Counted from the first letter of the whole stretch, positions 1 through 11,445 are shown. The stretch: DNA of 63,757 nucleotides, filler included, from Salisapilia sapeloensis CBS 127946 (GCA_023334545.1; 13 parts of 13 records of this genome joined end to end with filler, not necessarily neighbours in it); one strand, 5' to 3'. Numbers and translations are program-made. The notes: generated from the sequence alone by a model not told the origin.

Positions 1-165
1 ACGATCATCGTGGCACACCGACTGTCGACGATCCGAAATGCCGACTTGATTGCCGTGACCAAGGACGGGGCGATTGTGGAGCAAGGGACGCACGACAAGT
101 TAATGGAGATCGAGGACGGCGTCTACAAGGCTCTCGTCGCCAGACAAATGTCTTCTGCTGCGTAA
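1..165 (+). CDS. ABC transporter (ABCB/MDR-type), C-terminal end only
   Basis: Frame 1 reads [54 protein letters not shown], the H-loop (AHRLST) end of an ABCB nucleotide-binding domain. The ORF is too short for the supplied track. Confidence 0.88.
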   Translation, partial: TIIVAHRLSTIRNADLIAVTKDGAIVEQGTHDKLMEIEDGVYKALVARQMSSAA

Positions 166-983
166 AAGATATTACCATGATGGAGAAGACGTTTAATTTC
201 AAATCATTTCTGAATGTCTTCACGGTCTATATGTTTGCTTGCTCATAAACGGATAGAGTACTGTAGTGTTTGTCTTGCTGGTTTCCATGGTTTCATGCAT
301 ATGAGATAGTCGAATGCTGCAAATCCGGTGGAGTGCCTTCAAGTAGATCAAAGCTAACCGCCTGAGCTCATGTGGCACTATGCTATTGTTCACCTTTAAG
401 GATATGTAGACGAGTATGTGAACAATGCGATATGACAGCAATGGATGCATGGTCTGGAGACGTACAAGAGTACGCTTCTTCCAGATCCGTTCGTTTTAGT
501 AATTACATCTGCAAAGTTGCTGCTCGCCATGTATGAGAATAGACCACCCCGTTCGTGATTTTACCATACGAGCACGTACGCAATGGTGTCGTCCATCAGC
601 TTTTACCTCGCCCAATATAAGCAACTCAAGACTGGAAACACGCCGATCATATCGGAGTAGTGAAACTCTACTGATAAAGGAATCGACAAGGTTGTTAAGA
701 GAACGTGTGACAGCATCCATCTGGACCAAACGTTTCTCAGCACCATGTGGGTCGGAGTATATCGACCAGGGTAAAAGGTCGTGTCTTCGCCAAAAGATAG
801 ACAGAGTGATACCCGCTATCCTACAACCTGTCATTGTGGCGACCGAACGCTGCTGTCGACCAGTGGGAAGGTGAAGTGCGTCTATCGTGCCCACTTGGAA
901 GTACCCTGTTTCGTAATGAGACGGCTGACGCCGCACTGGCTGAAACCCTCTTTCCACTCACTTGATTTGCTGAATACAGTGAC

Positions 984-2107
984 ATGACTGCAGATGTATC
1001 TCCGCATTTCCTTAAACGTGACCGAAGCATCAGCATGGGGGACATCGAGACCGAAGACGAGCAGCCCTTCTCGTCCAGCAACGAAACTTCATTCGAGGTA
1101 CGTACTTTCCGATGCATGCTCGGATCCCATTACGCGATCCCAATTGTTCTTCGCGCACCCTTCACTTCTGGATTTTACTTGGCTTCTGTCTTTCGTAGAA
1201 CGCATCGAATAACAGCTCAGAGGGAGATCAACCAGTCCAAGGAACAGACACAATGTTCACCATGTCTCCTCGCCAGCGGTCTTCCAGCTCATGTACCGTG
1301 AAGCGTACTAGTTATGTCGTCTAGCTTTCTTACTCCGTGACTAAATGTGTGCATGTAGAGGCAAGAAAGAAACTGGCGGATGCAGCACGTAAAATCATTA
1401 TTGCTGAAGAAGAAGCGCAACAGGCAAAGAACACACTGGAGACAGCTATGGAGATGAACAACCAATTGGTTCAGCAAAATGAGGAGTTGAATACCATGCT
1501 CCAGTCAACTGCAGCCATGTGCATGGACGAAAACGCAAAATTGCGAGCACAAATTCAGGAACTCGAGGCTAGAGTACAGCAGTCGGAAGAAATCAATCTA
1601 CTGGCTGTCCGAGTAATCGACAGCGCCGTTCGAGAAACCGAGGCTAGACCATTCGTTGAGTACAAACTAGAGTTGGAAACCTCATCACGAGGTACTATCC
1701 ATGTGTGGCATCGCTACAGCACTTTCAGACATTTGGCAGCCAGTTTGCAAGCTAAAAGTGGGTACAAGCACTGGGAAGTACCAAAACTACCAAGTAAACA
1801 GCTATTCGGGAATCTGTCCGATCGAGTTATCCAGGACCGGATTGTAAAATTGAACGAGTTCCTGGACGCAGCCATGATGGCAGACCATCTACAGTGGGGA
1901 ATCCGCGTGGATGACGCCACTTGCGTGTACAAGCGAAGAGTAAAAGGAGCGAGAGCAAGAGAATCCATGAGTGCACCTAGGAAATCATCCGACGGGAGAG
2001 GGAGCAGCAAGTCAGACCAACCATCGCCGGACAACTCTGTCTCTCCTGATCGACGGTCTACCTTTTTGCACTCGATCGGATTGAGAAGAAGTGCTCCTCA
2101 GAACTAA
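984..2107 (+). CDS. Coiled-coil + PX-domain protein, spliced (exons ~984-1097, 1216-1298, 1359-2107)
   Basis: ORF 1337-2107 has a coiled coil followed by a PX signature (FVEYKLEL...VWHRYSTFRHL...PKLPSK...RIVKLNEFL). Upstream GT-AG introns join it in frame to the ATG at 984. Confidence 0.72.
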
Positions 2108-2325
2108 AACTAACACGAACTGCTCTGTACATACCTACTCTTTTCCCTTGCGGTAGACATTTCATACCATCCCCTCGCGCCTTGTCAATCATTTTTCGTG
2201 GCGCGGAGCTCGACGTCCTGATAAGATCTGACTACAACTTCAAACCACGACTGATTGGCGTGAACAACTGTCGGAGTCCACCAAGATCATTCCAGGAGTC
2301 CTCATCCACAGATCATTTTATAAAG

Positions 2326-4971
2326 ATGGGCCTGGACGACGGCGACGATGATGTGCGGAGCTCTGGGGAGGTCCTGCAGACCAGTGTCGGACTCTACTTC
2401 CCCGTCTTTATCGGCGCGTGGCTCCTCTTTGAACTCATTCGAATGAACAAGGAACATATCTTTGAGAACGCCAACCGGTGCCGCATGCCGGAAGGAGACC
2501 GCCATCGGTGGTTCGCCTGGATGCCGTTCGTCATGTCCGTCCCAGATAAGGAGATATACGAAGCTGCTGGGCTAGATGCGCTCGTCTTCCTCCGCTTCCT
2601 TCGTCTCTGCCAAAAGGTGGCTCTGCTCTGTGCCGCTTGGTCCGTTGTGCTCTGCCCTCTCTACGCCTTCTCTGCAACTTGGCTCAAGGCTGAAAGGGTG
2701 GCAAGTAGTGATCTCAACCCGACGGGTTCGCAAGCTGATGAATTCGCGGAGCGCCAAGCTGCGGCAGTGAATAGGCTCGATGAGTCCGACCCGGTCGAGC
2801 GAATCACGATCGCGAACCTCGGCAAGGATGACTGGCGTCTATATTTTACACTGGTGTCCTGCTACTGTATCAGCATCTACGTAATGGTGCTACTGTTCCG
2901 TGAGTACGGTGTGTACACGAAATGGAGACACGAATTTCTCTCCAAGAAGGCGCCTCAGCAGTACACGGTCGTTGTTACCGACATTGTGGAGGGTTTGCGC
3001 CAGCCAGAGACGCTCAAGGCGTACATGGATTACTTGTTCCCGGACTCTGTCCATGGCGTCTACATTGGTGTCGAGACTTCCAAAGTGGAGAAGCTAATTG
3101 CTGAGCGTGAATCCAACTACCACTACCTCGCAGCACAGCAATATAAGTATAAGCAGAGAAAAAATCGAGCGAAGAAGCGAGGCCAAGATGTCAAAGAAGT
3201 ACAGCGTCCTCAGATTGTCGTGGACAGAAAGATCTTTGGTGTGTGCTATGGAGGCGAGAATGTAGATGCGATTAAATACTACAAGAAACGGATCAGTGAG
3301 CTCACGGACGAAATCAATGACGAGCGGGAGGATCTAATAAAGCAGCTCGACAAGCCGTATGAGCAGTCGTACGGATCCTTTGATAAACTCCGGAGTTGGA
3401 AAGTGTTGCGTCAGCTAGAGCAGCGCGTGACAAGCAGGTGGGACAAAGTGCTCTCCAAGTTCTCTGATAGCGATTCAAACAGTCGTAGCGAGAAGGAGTC
3501 ACTCCTAAGGAAGAAGGAACAAGAGGATTCGGACTCAGACTCGGCCTTCGTGTCCCATATCATGCCATTCTTCCAAGACCTGACGATCATGCGCTCCTGT
3601 GCCTTTATTACGTTCCGAAAGCTCCGATCGGCCCACGCGGCTCAGCAGATGCTGCAGGTACAGAATCCGACCGAGATGCGTGTGCGTCAGGCGCCACACA
3701 TCAACGACGTGCTATGGGATAACTTTGGCATGCCCCACAGAGAACGCGCGACGTGGAAACTCATATCCCTGGTGCTTACGTTCTTCATCGTGCTGTTCTG
3801 GACGATTCCGACGACATTCATCGCATCGCTTACAAACGTTGACGTCCTGTGCAACACATTCAAGTTTGTCGACAAGATGGTGAGTGACAACCCGTGGCAA
3901 ATCTTGGTTCTGGAACAAATTGCGCCGCTTGTCTTCTCCGCCATGCAAAAGGTGGCGAATAAAATCTTGAGGTTCCTGTCAACTCGAGAGGGCCATTTGT
4001 CCGTCACGGAGATCGATGCCAGTCTCTTCTCCAAATCCGGCTACTTCCAAATCTTTCAAATGTTCTTCGTCTCCGTAGTTTCAGGATCCTTGCTGTCGCA
4101 ACTGGTGGTGCTACTGGACAGACCAAAGCGTGTGCTCTACTTCCTCGGAAGCAGCATCGCTGGCCAGTCGATGATGTTCATCTCCTTCATCATCGTTCAA
4201 ATTTGCATTGAACTGCCCTCCACTTTGCTCCGTATCGGTCCTGTTCTCGCTGATGCAGCCCACTATATGCTTGCGCCGATGCATGCACAGGTGCCTGAGC
4301 GCATTCCATGGATGGGTCTCGATCCGCTCAATTACAGCTCTGATATGGATCCTCCATTCGCGTTTGCTCAGCAGTACCTCGTGCTATTGCTTGTGCTTGT
4401 GTTCGCCCCTATCGCTCCTCTCGTGTCCTACTTTGGAGGTGTCTACTTCTTCGCGACAGAAATCGTCTACCGTCGCTACTTTTTCTTCGTCCACTCGCAG
4501 AACCGATCACTTAGTACGATGGGAGTCTTCTGGCCGCCACTCTTCGGCTTCATCGTGCTTGCCCTCATCGTTTCCCAGCTTACTCTCTTGGGCTTGCTGT
4601 CGCTAAAGTCTGCCGGCTGGATCCCGTACATCTTTGCTGGATTGCTTCCGCTTGGCACGATCGTTTTCTATTGGTACGTTGAACAGTCCTACGACTACCC
4701 TCGTGCAGCAGAGAATCTGCCACTGGATCAGGCGTGTGACCTGGATGAAGACCGTGATAAAGAGTCTTTTGATTTCTTGGATGGTGTCTACAAGCAACCA
4801 GCAATGGTCCGTGCCGGTGCTGCAGAAGAGCTGAAGATCAAGTCAGTTACCAAGAGTAACTCTCGTTTTGACTCCTTCAAGAAAGCGCTGTCGTTGGAAA
4901 AGGGAAAGAAGAAGAAGGCAGACAGCTCCGATAGCTCGGATGATTCCGATTCCGATACGAACACCAACTAA
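2326..4971 (+). CDS. CSC1/OSCA/ERD4 (DUF221) family calcium-permeable channel
   Basis: 882-aa multi-pass membrane protein with AGLDALVFLRFLR, AFITFR, AP.INDVLWDN and FWTIP motifs. The likely start is the ATG at 2326. Confidence 0.95.
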   Translation: MGLDDGDDDVRSSGEVLQTSVGLYFPVFIGAWLLFELIRMNKEHIFENANRCRMPEGDRHRWFAWMPFVMSVPDKEIYEAAGLDALVFLRFLRLCQKVALLCAAWSVVLCPLYAFSATWLKAERVASSDLNPTGSQADEFAERQAAAVNRLDESDPVERITIANLGKDDWRLYFTLVSCYCISIYVMVLLFREYGVYTKWRHEFLSKKAPQQYTVVVTDIVEGLRQPETLKAYMDYLFPDSVHGVYIGVETSKVEKLIAERESNYHYLAAQQYKYKQRKNRAKKRGQDVKEVQRPQIVVDRKIFGVCYGGENVDAIKYYKKRISELTDEINDEREDLIKQLDKPYEQSYGSFDKLRSWKVLRQLEQRVTSRWDKVLSKFSDSDSNSRSEKESLLRKKEQEDSDSDSAFVSHIMPFFQDLTIMRSCAFITFRKLRSAHAAQQMLQVQNPTEMRVRQAPHINDVLWDNFGMPHRERATWKLISLVLTFFIVLFWTIPTTFIASLTNVDVLCNTFKFVDKMVSDNPWQILVLEQIAPLVFSAMQKVANKILRFLSTREGHLSVTEIDASLFSKSGYFQIFQMFFVSVVSGSLLSQLVVLLDRPKRVLYFLGSSIAGQSMMFISFIIVQICIELPSTLLRIGPVLADAAHYMLAPMHAQVPERIPWMGLDPLNYSSDMDPPFAFAQQYLVLLLVLVFAPIAPLVSYFGGVYFFATEIVYRRYFFFVHSQNRSLSTMGVFWPPLFGFIVLALIVSQLTLLGLLSLKSAGWIPYIFAGLLPLGTIVFYWYVEQSYDYPRAAENLPLDQACDLDEDRDKESFDFLDGVYKQPAMVRAGAAEELKIKSVTKSNSRFDSFKKALSLEKGKKKKADSSDSSDDSDSDTNTN

Positions 4972-5069
4972 GCCGATAGCAATTTTGCATGAGTGACATA
5001 CTTTTCACGCACTTATGAATCGCAACACGATCAATTACCTTTCAAACTTTCCAAATGCTTTATCACCAT

Positions 5070-5232
5070 CTAAGCAAACAACCTTTCATCATCTTCGCTT
5101 TCTCGTTCGAGTGACACGAGTCCGGTTCCTTCTTCCAGCGTCGAGCTGAGGACGCGGTAGTCTGGTCGCAGACGCTGCGTCTGGGTCAGCGCTGGCTGCC
5201 GGTACACTTGGTTCAAGAAGTCAAACACCCCC
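5070..5232 (-). CDS. 3' end of a second CSC1/OSCA-like gene, truncated by the contig edge
   Basis: Minus strand reads GVFDFLNQVYRQPALTQTQRLRPDYRVLSSTLEEGTGLVSLERESEDDERLFA*. FDFLNQVYRQPAL matches FDFLDGVYKQPAM near the C-terminus of the convergent CSC1 gene. Confidence 0.6.
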
Positions 5233-5332
5233 NNNNNNNNNNNNNNNNNNNNNNNNNNNNNNNNNNNNNNNNNNNNTTAATTAATTAANNNNNNNNNNNN
5301 NNNNNNNNNNNNNNNNNNNNNNNNNNNNNNNN
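5233..5332. other. Artificial contig linker N44-TTAATTAATTAA-N44 (first of 12)
   Basis: Identical 100-nt linkers with stops in all six frames lie at 5233-5332, 11446-11545, 15440-15539, 17040-17139, 18285-18384, 23869-23968, 47144-47243, 49271-49370, 50680-50779, 51878-51977, 60309-60408 and 62193-62292. Confidence 0.99.
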
Positions 5333-5603
5333 CATCAACCACCAGAAGAGATAAGCTCGACGCGACGCCTATCTACTCTACCAGCTACACAACTAGAACC
5401 ATTTTGTGATAAAGAACACATAATACCAATACACAAGATAATATCTTAACTACATCCATTCAGTTTCTTCTTTGCTTCCGATTTTAAGTATCTACTATCA
5501 AAATTATGCTTTACGTTTGTCGGTCAGTGCTGCTTCCAGTCAGCGAGAGTACATCTTAGTATACTTAAAGCAAGTGAAGTGGTGGTAGCCACAAACCATT
5601 AAA

Positions 5604-7589
5604 ATGGACACAAAAGACACAACGTCGGAGATGCAGACGGAGGCTAGTGGAACCCGATGTGAGATGGCCAGTGTAGCATCCGGCAATGCAATTGTAGTTG
5701 GATTGCAAACGTCTACTGAATTGCAAGGTGCTGGTATGGCGTTCATGCGGGTATTTCAAGGACATGTACAGGTTCTCGGCTTTCGACTGCCTTTAGGGAC
5801 ATACCATCCAATATTTGCACCTAAATGGAGTAGTCAACTCTCTATAGAAGCTAAGGAGCATATCAGGTCGAGTGGGGATGCCAAACAAGGTAGGCATGCA
5901 GTTGATGGCAGCTACCAAGCTCCCATGCAAGAACAGAATCTGCAGTTATTGCAGCTCACAGATTCCACAATGCGCATCTCCAAAGCAGATAATGACTCAT
6001 ACAGCAAACTATCAGTCCAGAAACAGCGTCTCATGGAGGAGGAGTATGAGGCAGATACTCTGGCACGTACAATGGCAAGACGGTTTCCCGTTGTTATTAT
6101 ACTTCGTACCATCCCGACTACATACGGAAATGTATCTTGTTTTTACGAGGCCAAAAACGTCTACGATACAGACCTTGTGCTTCCAGGCTTCAAGCTCATT
6201 CGCTCGAGTACTGATCCTGTGTACGGCGATGTTCAGCAGCTCGATGATGCCCATTCAATTGCTCCGAATAAACAGATTCTGCCGGGTCGGCACGACTGGA
6301 AGAGCTCCGAACGGCTTCTTGACGAACTAACAGTTCGAGATACCGTCCGTCCTGTCTTGATATCGGAGGAATGGGCTGCGACAGCCGATGTGATCGAACA
6401 GAGTCTTGTTACTGAGGCAGCCAAGGACTGTCCGCAACGTGTACTCGTATGCGGTGGCAAGGGTGTTGGCAAGTCTACATTCTGCAGGTACTTGGTCAAT
6501 AGGACGCTATCTCACTTTCGCATGATTGCATTCATCGATACGGATGTGGGTCAGCCTGAGCTCACACCCTCTGGCATTGTATCACTCCACTTGCTTGCTT
6601 CGCCCATTTTGTCCTCTGGTTTCATCCACACACAGACGCCCTTCCGATCCTACTTTTGTGGAGCATCAAATCCGAGCAATGACCCTGACAAGTACATGCG
6701 AGCTGTATCCAACTTGATTCGCCTTTATGAGTGCAAGTGGGGAAAGCACCACGATGGAACGCCAGATGAAGTCATCCCGTTGGTGATCAACACGGACGGA
6801 TGGGTCAAGAGCATGGGCCACGATCTCCTCTGTAGTGTCATACAGGACGCCTCTCCTAACCATGTCGTGCAATTACTCGCAACCGCTAGAAGTAAGCAAT
6901 TTGATGTTCCGACCGACGGACAGTGGCAAGTGCACAAGGTCGAGCCATGGAAAGCTCTTGCCGTGTCCCAGGCAACACGAAGCTCACACGATCTTCGCCG
7001 ATATCGCCTACACGCTCACTTCCTCGCTCGTAGTCCATGCTATCTACCGAGAGATGATCTTCGGAACCTCCAGTGGCCAGCCGAAAAGAACCGATTGGAT
7101 CGCCACCTTCGACTGGCCTACGAACGCATGGTTCCTTATGCCGTGTCATTTGATGCTATCGACGTTACCTTTGTCGGTCCGTCCGTGCCTCCCAGTCAAG
7201 TTCTTGTGGCACTTAACAGGAGCATTGTCGGCCTTTGCTTCCAGGTAAAGAGACCAGACACGCCTGAGACTCACGACTACAAGCCTCCTCGTGTGCTCAT
7301 TCCGTCTGACTCGGTACCTCCATGTCTCGGTATGGGAATGGTACGTTCGATCGATCCGACAAACAGAATGATGTACGTGTTGAGCCCATTGCCAGAACAT
7401 GTCATGCAAAAGGTCAATTTACTCGTGTTGAGTCGCATGCCGTTGGATGCCTTCGTCGGTGTCGACAATGCTTCCTCAGTCTACTCCCCGTACGTTCTGG
7501 ACAACGTCCTGTCGGAAGAAGGCACAGGAGCATCTATGATGTTCAGTCGAAATAGCATCAAACGAAGACGAGACGATAAAACAGGTTAA
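5604..7589 (+). CDS. NOL9: Polynucleotide 5'-hydroxyl kinase NOL9/Grc3 (Clp1 family)
   Basis: 661-aa ORF with the P-loop GGKGVGKSTFCRYLVN plus DTDVGQPE, INTDGW and C-terminal CLGMGMVRSID motifs. Confidence 0.9.
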   Translation: MDTKDTTSEMQTEASGTRCEMASVASGNAIVVGLQTSTELQGAGMAFMRVFQGHVQVLGFRLPLGTYHPIFAPKWSSQLSIEAKEHIRSSGDAKQGRHAVDGSYQAPMQEQNLQLLQLTDSTMRISKADNDSYSKLSVQKQRLMEEEYEADTLARTMARRFPVVIILRTIPTTYGNVSCFYEAKNVYDTDLVLPGFKLIRSSTDPVYGDVQQLDDAHSIAPNKQILPGRHDWKSSERLLDELTVRDTVRPVLISEEWAATADVIEQSLVTEAAKDCPQRVLVCGGKGVGKSTFCRYLVNRTLSHFRMIAFIDTDVGQPELTPSGIVSLHLLASPILSSGFIHTQTPFRSYFCGASNPSNDPDKYMRAVSNLIRLYECKWGKHHDGTPDEVIPLVINTDGWVKSMGHDLLCSVIQDASPNHVVQLLATARSKQFDVPTDGQWQVHKVEPWKALAVSQATRSSHDLRRYRLHAHFLARSPCYLPRDDLRNLQWPAEKNRLDRHLRLAYERMVPYAVSFDAIDVTFVGPSVPPSQVLVALNRSIVGLCFQVKRPDTPETHDYKPPRVLIPSDSVPPCLGMGMVRSIDPTNRMMYVLSPLPEHVMQKVNLLVLSRMPLDAFVGVDNASSVYSPYVLDNVLSEEGTGASMMFSRNSIKRRRDDKTG

Positions 7590-7608
7590 AGTAGTCATGT
7601 AAAAAGAG

Positions 7609-7914
7609 TTAGATTCGTTTGCCACAAAGTTCTCCTTGGTAATCGTTCGTCCGTCGTTGGAAACCTACATCCTGCCCAGGTGTATTATCCATCCATGGTA
7701 ACGCTTGCACAATTCGTTCGCCTCCTCCTTCCAGCACATTTATAACCGTCATGAGCACTCGCGACCGTGACTCGTCACGCCACCGTATCTCTTCCTTTAT
7801 ATCTATCGGAAGTAATCCATTCGTTGGAATGTAAGGATACCGAAAGTAGATATGCAACAATGCAGTCCACCAGACGAAGGCTATTGACGCCATGAAGAGA
7901 TTCATGTCGATCAA
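7609..7914 (-). CDS. Possible small hypothetical protein with an N-terminal hydrophobic segment
   Basis: 101-aa ORF filling the gap between NOL9 and the RCC1 gene; no family recognised. Confidence 0.25.
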   Translation of the reverse strand: MIDMNLFMASIAFVWWTALLHIYFRYPYIPTNGLLPIDIKEEIRWRDESRSRVLMTVINVLEGGGERIVQALPWMDNTPGQDVGFQRRTNDYQGELCGKRI

Positions 7915-7991
7915 CGGAGAAACGAGTAAAAAATAAAGTGTCCTTTCGTCATCAAGACATGGTTACGTCTTCTATTTCCTTTACGCGTACT

Positions 7992-9500
7992 CTACTCTCG
8001 CATGGAAAAGTCCTTGTCCATGGCATTCGAGTGCGGCTGAGCAATTGCGCCCATGTGATGATGACCACAGGCCAATCTACATGCGTTGTTAGTACACATC
8101 TTTGTCTATAAAACCAATGAAAACGTACGAAGTGACTTGGATGCCTTCGAGACTCGCCACAGGTTCCGGTTGGAGCTGGTTCTTACGCTCTCCGTTACCC
8201 AGACAAGTCGAACTGCCCTTGCCAAAGGTAAAGATCGTGCCTTGAGCAGATAGCGCCGCCGTATAGTGGCGACCACAGTCCACCGCGACGATTTCGTGGT
8301 CACTCACGGCCGTCATCTCATGCGGCTCGAGCCACAATCTCGATCCCCACATGTACAATCCTCCGTCTTCCGTCACGGCAGCAGCATGGTTATATCCAGC
8401 CGCCACTTGCTTCACTTTAGCACCGTTGAATCCTTCCACAAGCGTTGGAATGGACTCAACATTATAACGGTCCACCGCTAAGCCACCTCCAATACCCAGT
8501 TGATGACCTATTACCATGCTCAATCTCCTGATCTACAAGCTAATTGCAATATACAGTCGTACTGGAGTTGACGCCCCATGAGTAGAGCTCGCCACTGGAC
8601 GTGAGAGCAAAGGTAAAGTCACGACCGACAGCAAAGGACTCAATGTCCTCATTTAAAAAGTATTCCACCGGCTCTGGAACTTCGAACGTCACGGTCTCGC
8701 CATTACCCAATCGACCATACTCTCCGTTTCCCCACGCCCATAATTCCTTGTCTTGAGTCAATGCGACAGTGTGCAGCTCACCACAACGGATGCTGGCGAT
8801 CGGAACTCCTTGGTCAATGAACGTCTGGAGGAGACGAGGTGTAGGCTCGTCTTGGGCGCCAGCGTGGCCGAGGCCGCCAGCTCCTTTGAGCGTCGAGCCG
8901 CCCCACCCCCACGTGTACGCCTTACCTTGGTCATCCACAGCAGCGCTCGTGTATTCGCCGCAAGAGATATCCGTGATACGAATGCCTTCAAACGCATCCA
9001 TCACCTTTGGCTCTGGGTGTGCTTCGACATCGTCGGATCCCAGACCGAGCTTCTTGTACTCGTTCGAACCCCACATGTAGATCCGTCCACTGTCATCCAC
9101 TGCGAGGTACAAGTTAGTAAGACTAGAGTTTCATGCGAGAGTCTATACGACGTACAGGCAGCGCTGTGAGTGACGCCGAGAGACAACTTTGTGATGCCTT
9201 TGCCTTCGAAGAACTCGACAAGTTTCGGACTCAGCTCTTCATACGTGTTGCGAATACCAGACTTGACAATGTCTCCATGACCCAATTGACCGAGACTACC
9301 GGATCCCCACGTATAGACTATAGTTTAGCACGATTTAGAATGAATTGATACAATCACCGAAGCGAAGTAGTCTGAAAAGAGGTCGTACCACTGGATTGTG
9401 TGGAAAAACGTTTCATCTGATGGGATATGGAGAGGTAGCCTGGCCTTTTCAAGCCAGCTCTAGCTTGACGCAGTGTTCTTCCGAGCCATAAAGCCGTCAT
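7992..9500 (-). CDS. RCC1-repeat protein, spliced, with a probable mitochondrial presequence
   Basis: Several RCC1 blades (VYTWGSGSLGQLGHG, IYMWGSNEYKKLGLG, LWAWGNGEYGRLGNG, IFTFGKG) occur across exons separated by GT-AG introns. The N-terminus MTALWLGRTLRQARAGLKR is basic with no acidic residues. The last exon ends LACGHHHMGAIAQPHSNAMDKDFSMRE*. Confidence 0.85.
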
Positions 9501-9890
9501 CTCGATGCAAGCACTTCGATCTAGCGTTTGCTTGTCTGGCACTTGACCATCCACGTTCAAGCGACCTTCGAGAAACCTGGTGCAGATTGAATCACGGATG
9601 CTTGAACGACATGGAGCTTGCTATGTGGATGCCTGCACTCGTTATGAGCGATACATGAAGCATTGCGTGCATTCTCGGTTGTAGAATGAGATAGAGGACT
9701 ATTTCAAAGTAGCTAAGAGAAGGCTGACTCAGCACTTGAAGCTCGCTATCTACGTTTCCATGGTCCTTGCTTGACCGAGTAAAATGTCTAGCAACATAAA
9801 CCATAAAGTGCCATGGTTTTGTCAAAGATAAAGCAAAACCAGTATCGTAGACATAGTAAAATCAAGTAAAAGACTGCTGGCGGACTACAG

Positions 9891-10703
9891 TTGTTGCACG
9901 ACATGCACGGGGTGGATGCTAATGGAGAAGAAATACTATGGAGCTCTTCCGGACAGCAAGTCATGATGCAATGGGAAAAAGATTACATGCAGCATTGCGC
10001 AGACGCGCTAGAAATTCAATCAGGAAAAGATCGAGTGCTTGAAATCGGTTTCGGGCTTGGCTACTCTGCTCACCATATTCAAACGTATGCACCTCGTAGC
10101 CATGTCATCATCGAATACGATGCTGCTGTTGTCGAGCGTGCCCAGCAGTTTGCAAGCCAGCATCATAACGTTGAAATTGTACACGGGTCATGGCAGGAAA
10201 AGCTACCGACCTTGGGTTGCTTTGATTGCATCTTCTTTGACGACTATCCGCTACCTGAGCTTGAGCAGCAGAACTCGATGAAGCCATCTCGATGGCACCA
10301 GTTTCTTGACATTGCATTGCAGCATGTCCAAGATAATTCTAGAATTACAGGCTACCTCGCTCGACACATCAATTTGCAACGCGCTGGCTGCAAGATAAAG
10401 GTGACGCCGGAAAGCGTCCAGGTTCCGGACTCGTGCGACTACTTTCCAACAACCAAGGCTTTCATCCCGTTATTAACTGTGCAATCTTCGATTACAGCCG
10501 CTACTTCCGTTTCTCCAACTGCAATAGATGAGCCACCAGTCGACGCTCGGACTAGATACCAAGCGGTTCAAGAATATCTCCATCTTCAACAAGCATCTGA
10601 AGAAGTAGACACTCATAGCGAACGTTCCTCACCTCGTCGCTATCATGATGTGTCATCTCGTCGAAAGTACCTCGAAAGTCTTCGTTCCAAAGCTCGAAAG
10701 TAG
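9891..10703 (+). CDS. RMT2/GAMT-like class I SAM-dependent methyltransferase (5' end uncertain)
   Basis: VMMQWEKDYM, VLEIGFGLG (motif I), HVIIE, G.WQ and FDCIFFDDY motifs. Confidence 0.8.
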   Translation: MLHDMHGVDANGEEILWSSSGQQVMMQWEKDYMQHCADALEIQSGKDRVLEIGFGLGYSAHHIQTYAPRSHVIIEYDAAVVERAQQFASQHHNVEIVHGSWQEKLPTLGCFDCIFFDDYPLPELEQQNSMKPSRWHQFLDIALQHVQDNSRITGYLARHINLQRAGCKIKVTPESVQVPDSCDYFPTTKAFIPLLTVQSSITAATSVSPTAIDEPPVDARTRYQAVQEYLHLQQASEEVDTHSERSSPRRYHDVSSRRKYLESLRSKARK

Positions 10704-10902
10704 GAAAAATTCAACTAAATTCTATTTCATTCGCGATCTTTTTCGTCTACGCATCTTTTTCAAGATATTTCATTGGACTAAAATACACATGAGTCATCGT
10801 CTGATTTGTTGAAACCATGTCCGCCTTCAAAACTTGCTGCTTGAGTAGCTGGTCATAATCTATTTTTCCTCGGAACATCGGAAGAAACAAATCAAGCAAA
10901 CT

Positions 10903-11220
10903 ATGGTAAGCGTCAAGGACACTGTGCAGGAGAAGATCAACTCCAACACCCTCTTCGTCTTCAGCAAGAGCTACTGTCCCTTCTGCGCCAAGACCAAGGC
11001 ACTACTCGACTCGATCGGAGCCAAGTACGAGGCGATCGAGCTCGACCAGGTCAGCGACGGCGACGACATGCAGGACGCCGTCGAAGAAATCTCTGGCCAG
11101 CGTACGGTCCCGAACGTCTTCGTCTCCGGCAAGTCCATCGGTGGAAACTCGGAGGTGCAGAAGTTGCACAAGGCCGGCAACCTCGAGCCACTTCTCCGTG
11201 AGAAGGGTGTTGTCGCTTAA
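10903..11220 (+). CDS. Dithiol glutaredoxin (CPFC)
   Basis: 105 aa with SKSYCPFC, GQRTVPNVFV and IGG motifs. Confidence 0.95.
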   Translation: MVSVKDTVQEKINSNTLFVFSKSYCPFCAKTKALLDSIGAKYEAIELDQVSDGDDMQDAVEEISGQRTVPNVFVSGKSIGGNSEVQKLHKAGNLEPLLREKGVVA

Positions 11221-11304
11221 GATTGAATCAATATACAACACATTATAACAGACCAGCAAACATGTCCACGTTCTACGATACATTACATTAAATACAGGCT
11301 GTAA

Positions 11305-11445
11305 ACGTCTACTCGTTCGCAGTCGTGCTGTGGGAGATGCTGGCAAAGGACCAGCCGTTCCGAGGTCTGACGCCGATCCAGGCAGCGTTCGCAGTGGCGA
11401 GACAGCAGATGCGGCCGGCACTGCCGAAGCAGACGCCCGTGAAAG
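11305..11445 (+). pseudogene. Orphan fragment of a TKL-type protein kinase (subdomains IX-X)
   Basis: Reads VYSFAVVLWEMLAKDQPFRGLTPIQAAFAVARQQMRPALPKQTPVK. It begins abruptly ~85 nt after the glutaredoxin stop, with no upstream kinase sequence. Confidence 0.6.

Noticed and set aside
220-960. ORFs 496-957 (-), 220-450 (-) and 533-874 (+)
   Set aside because: No family was recognised and no consistent splice model could be built. A small spliced gene is possible but unsupported.
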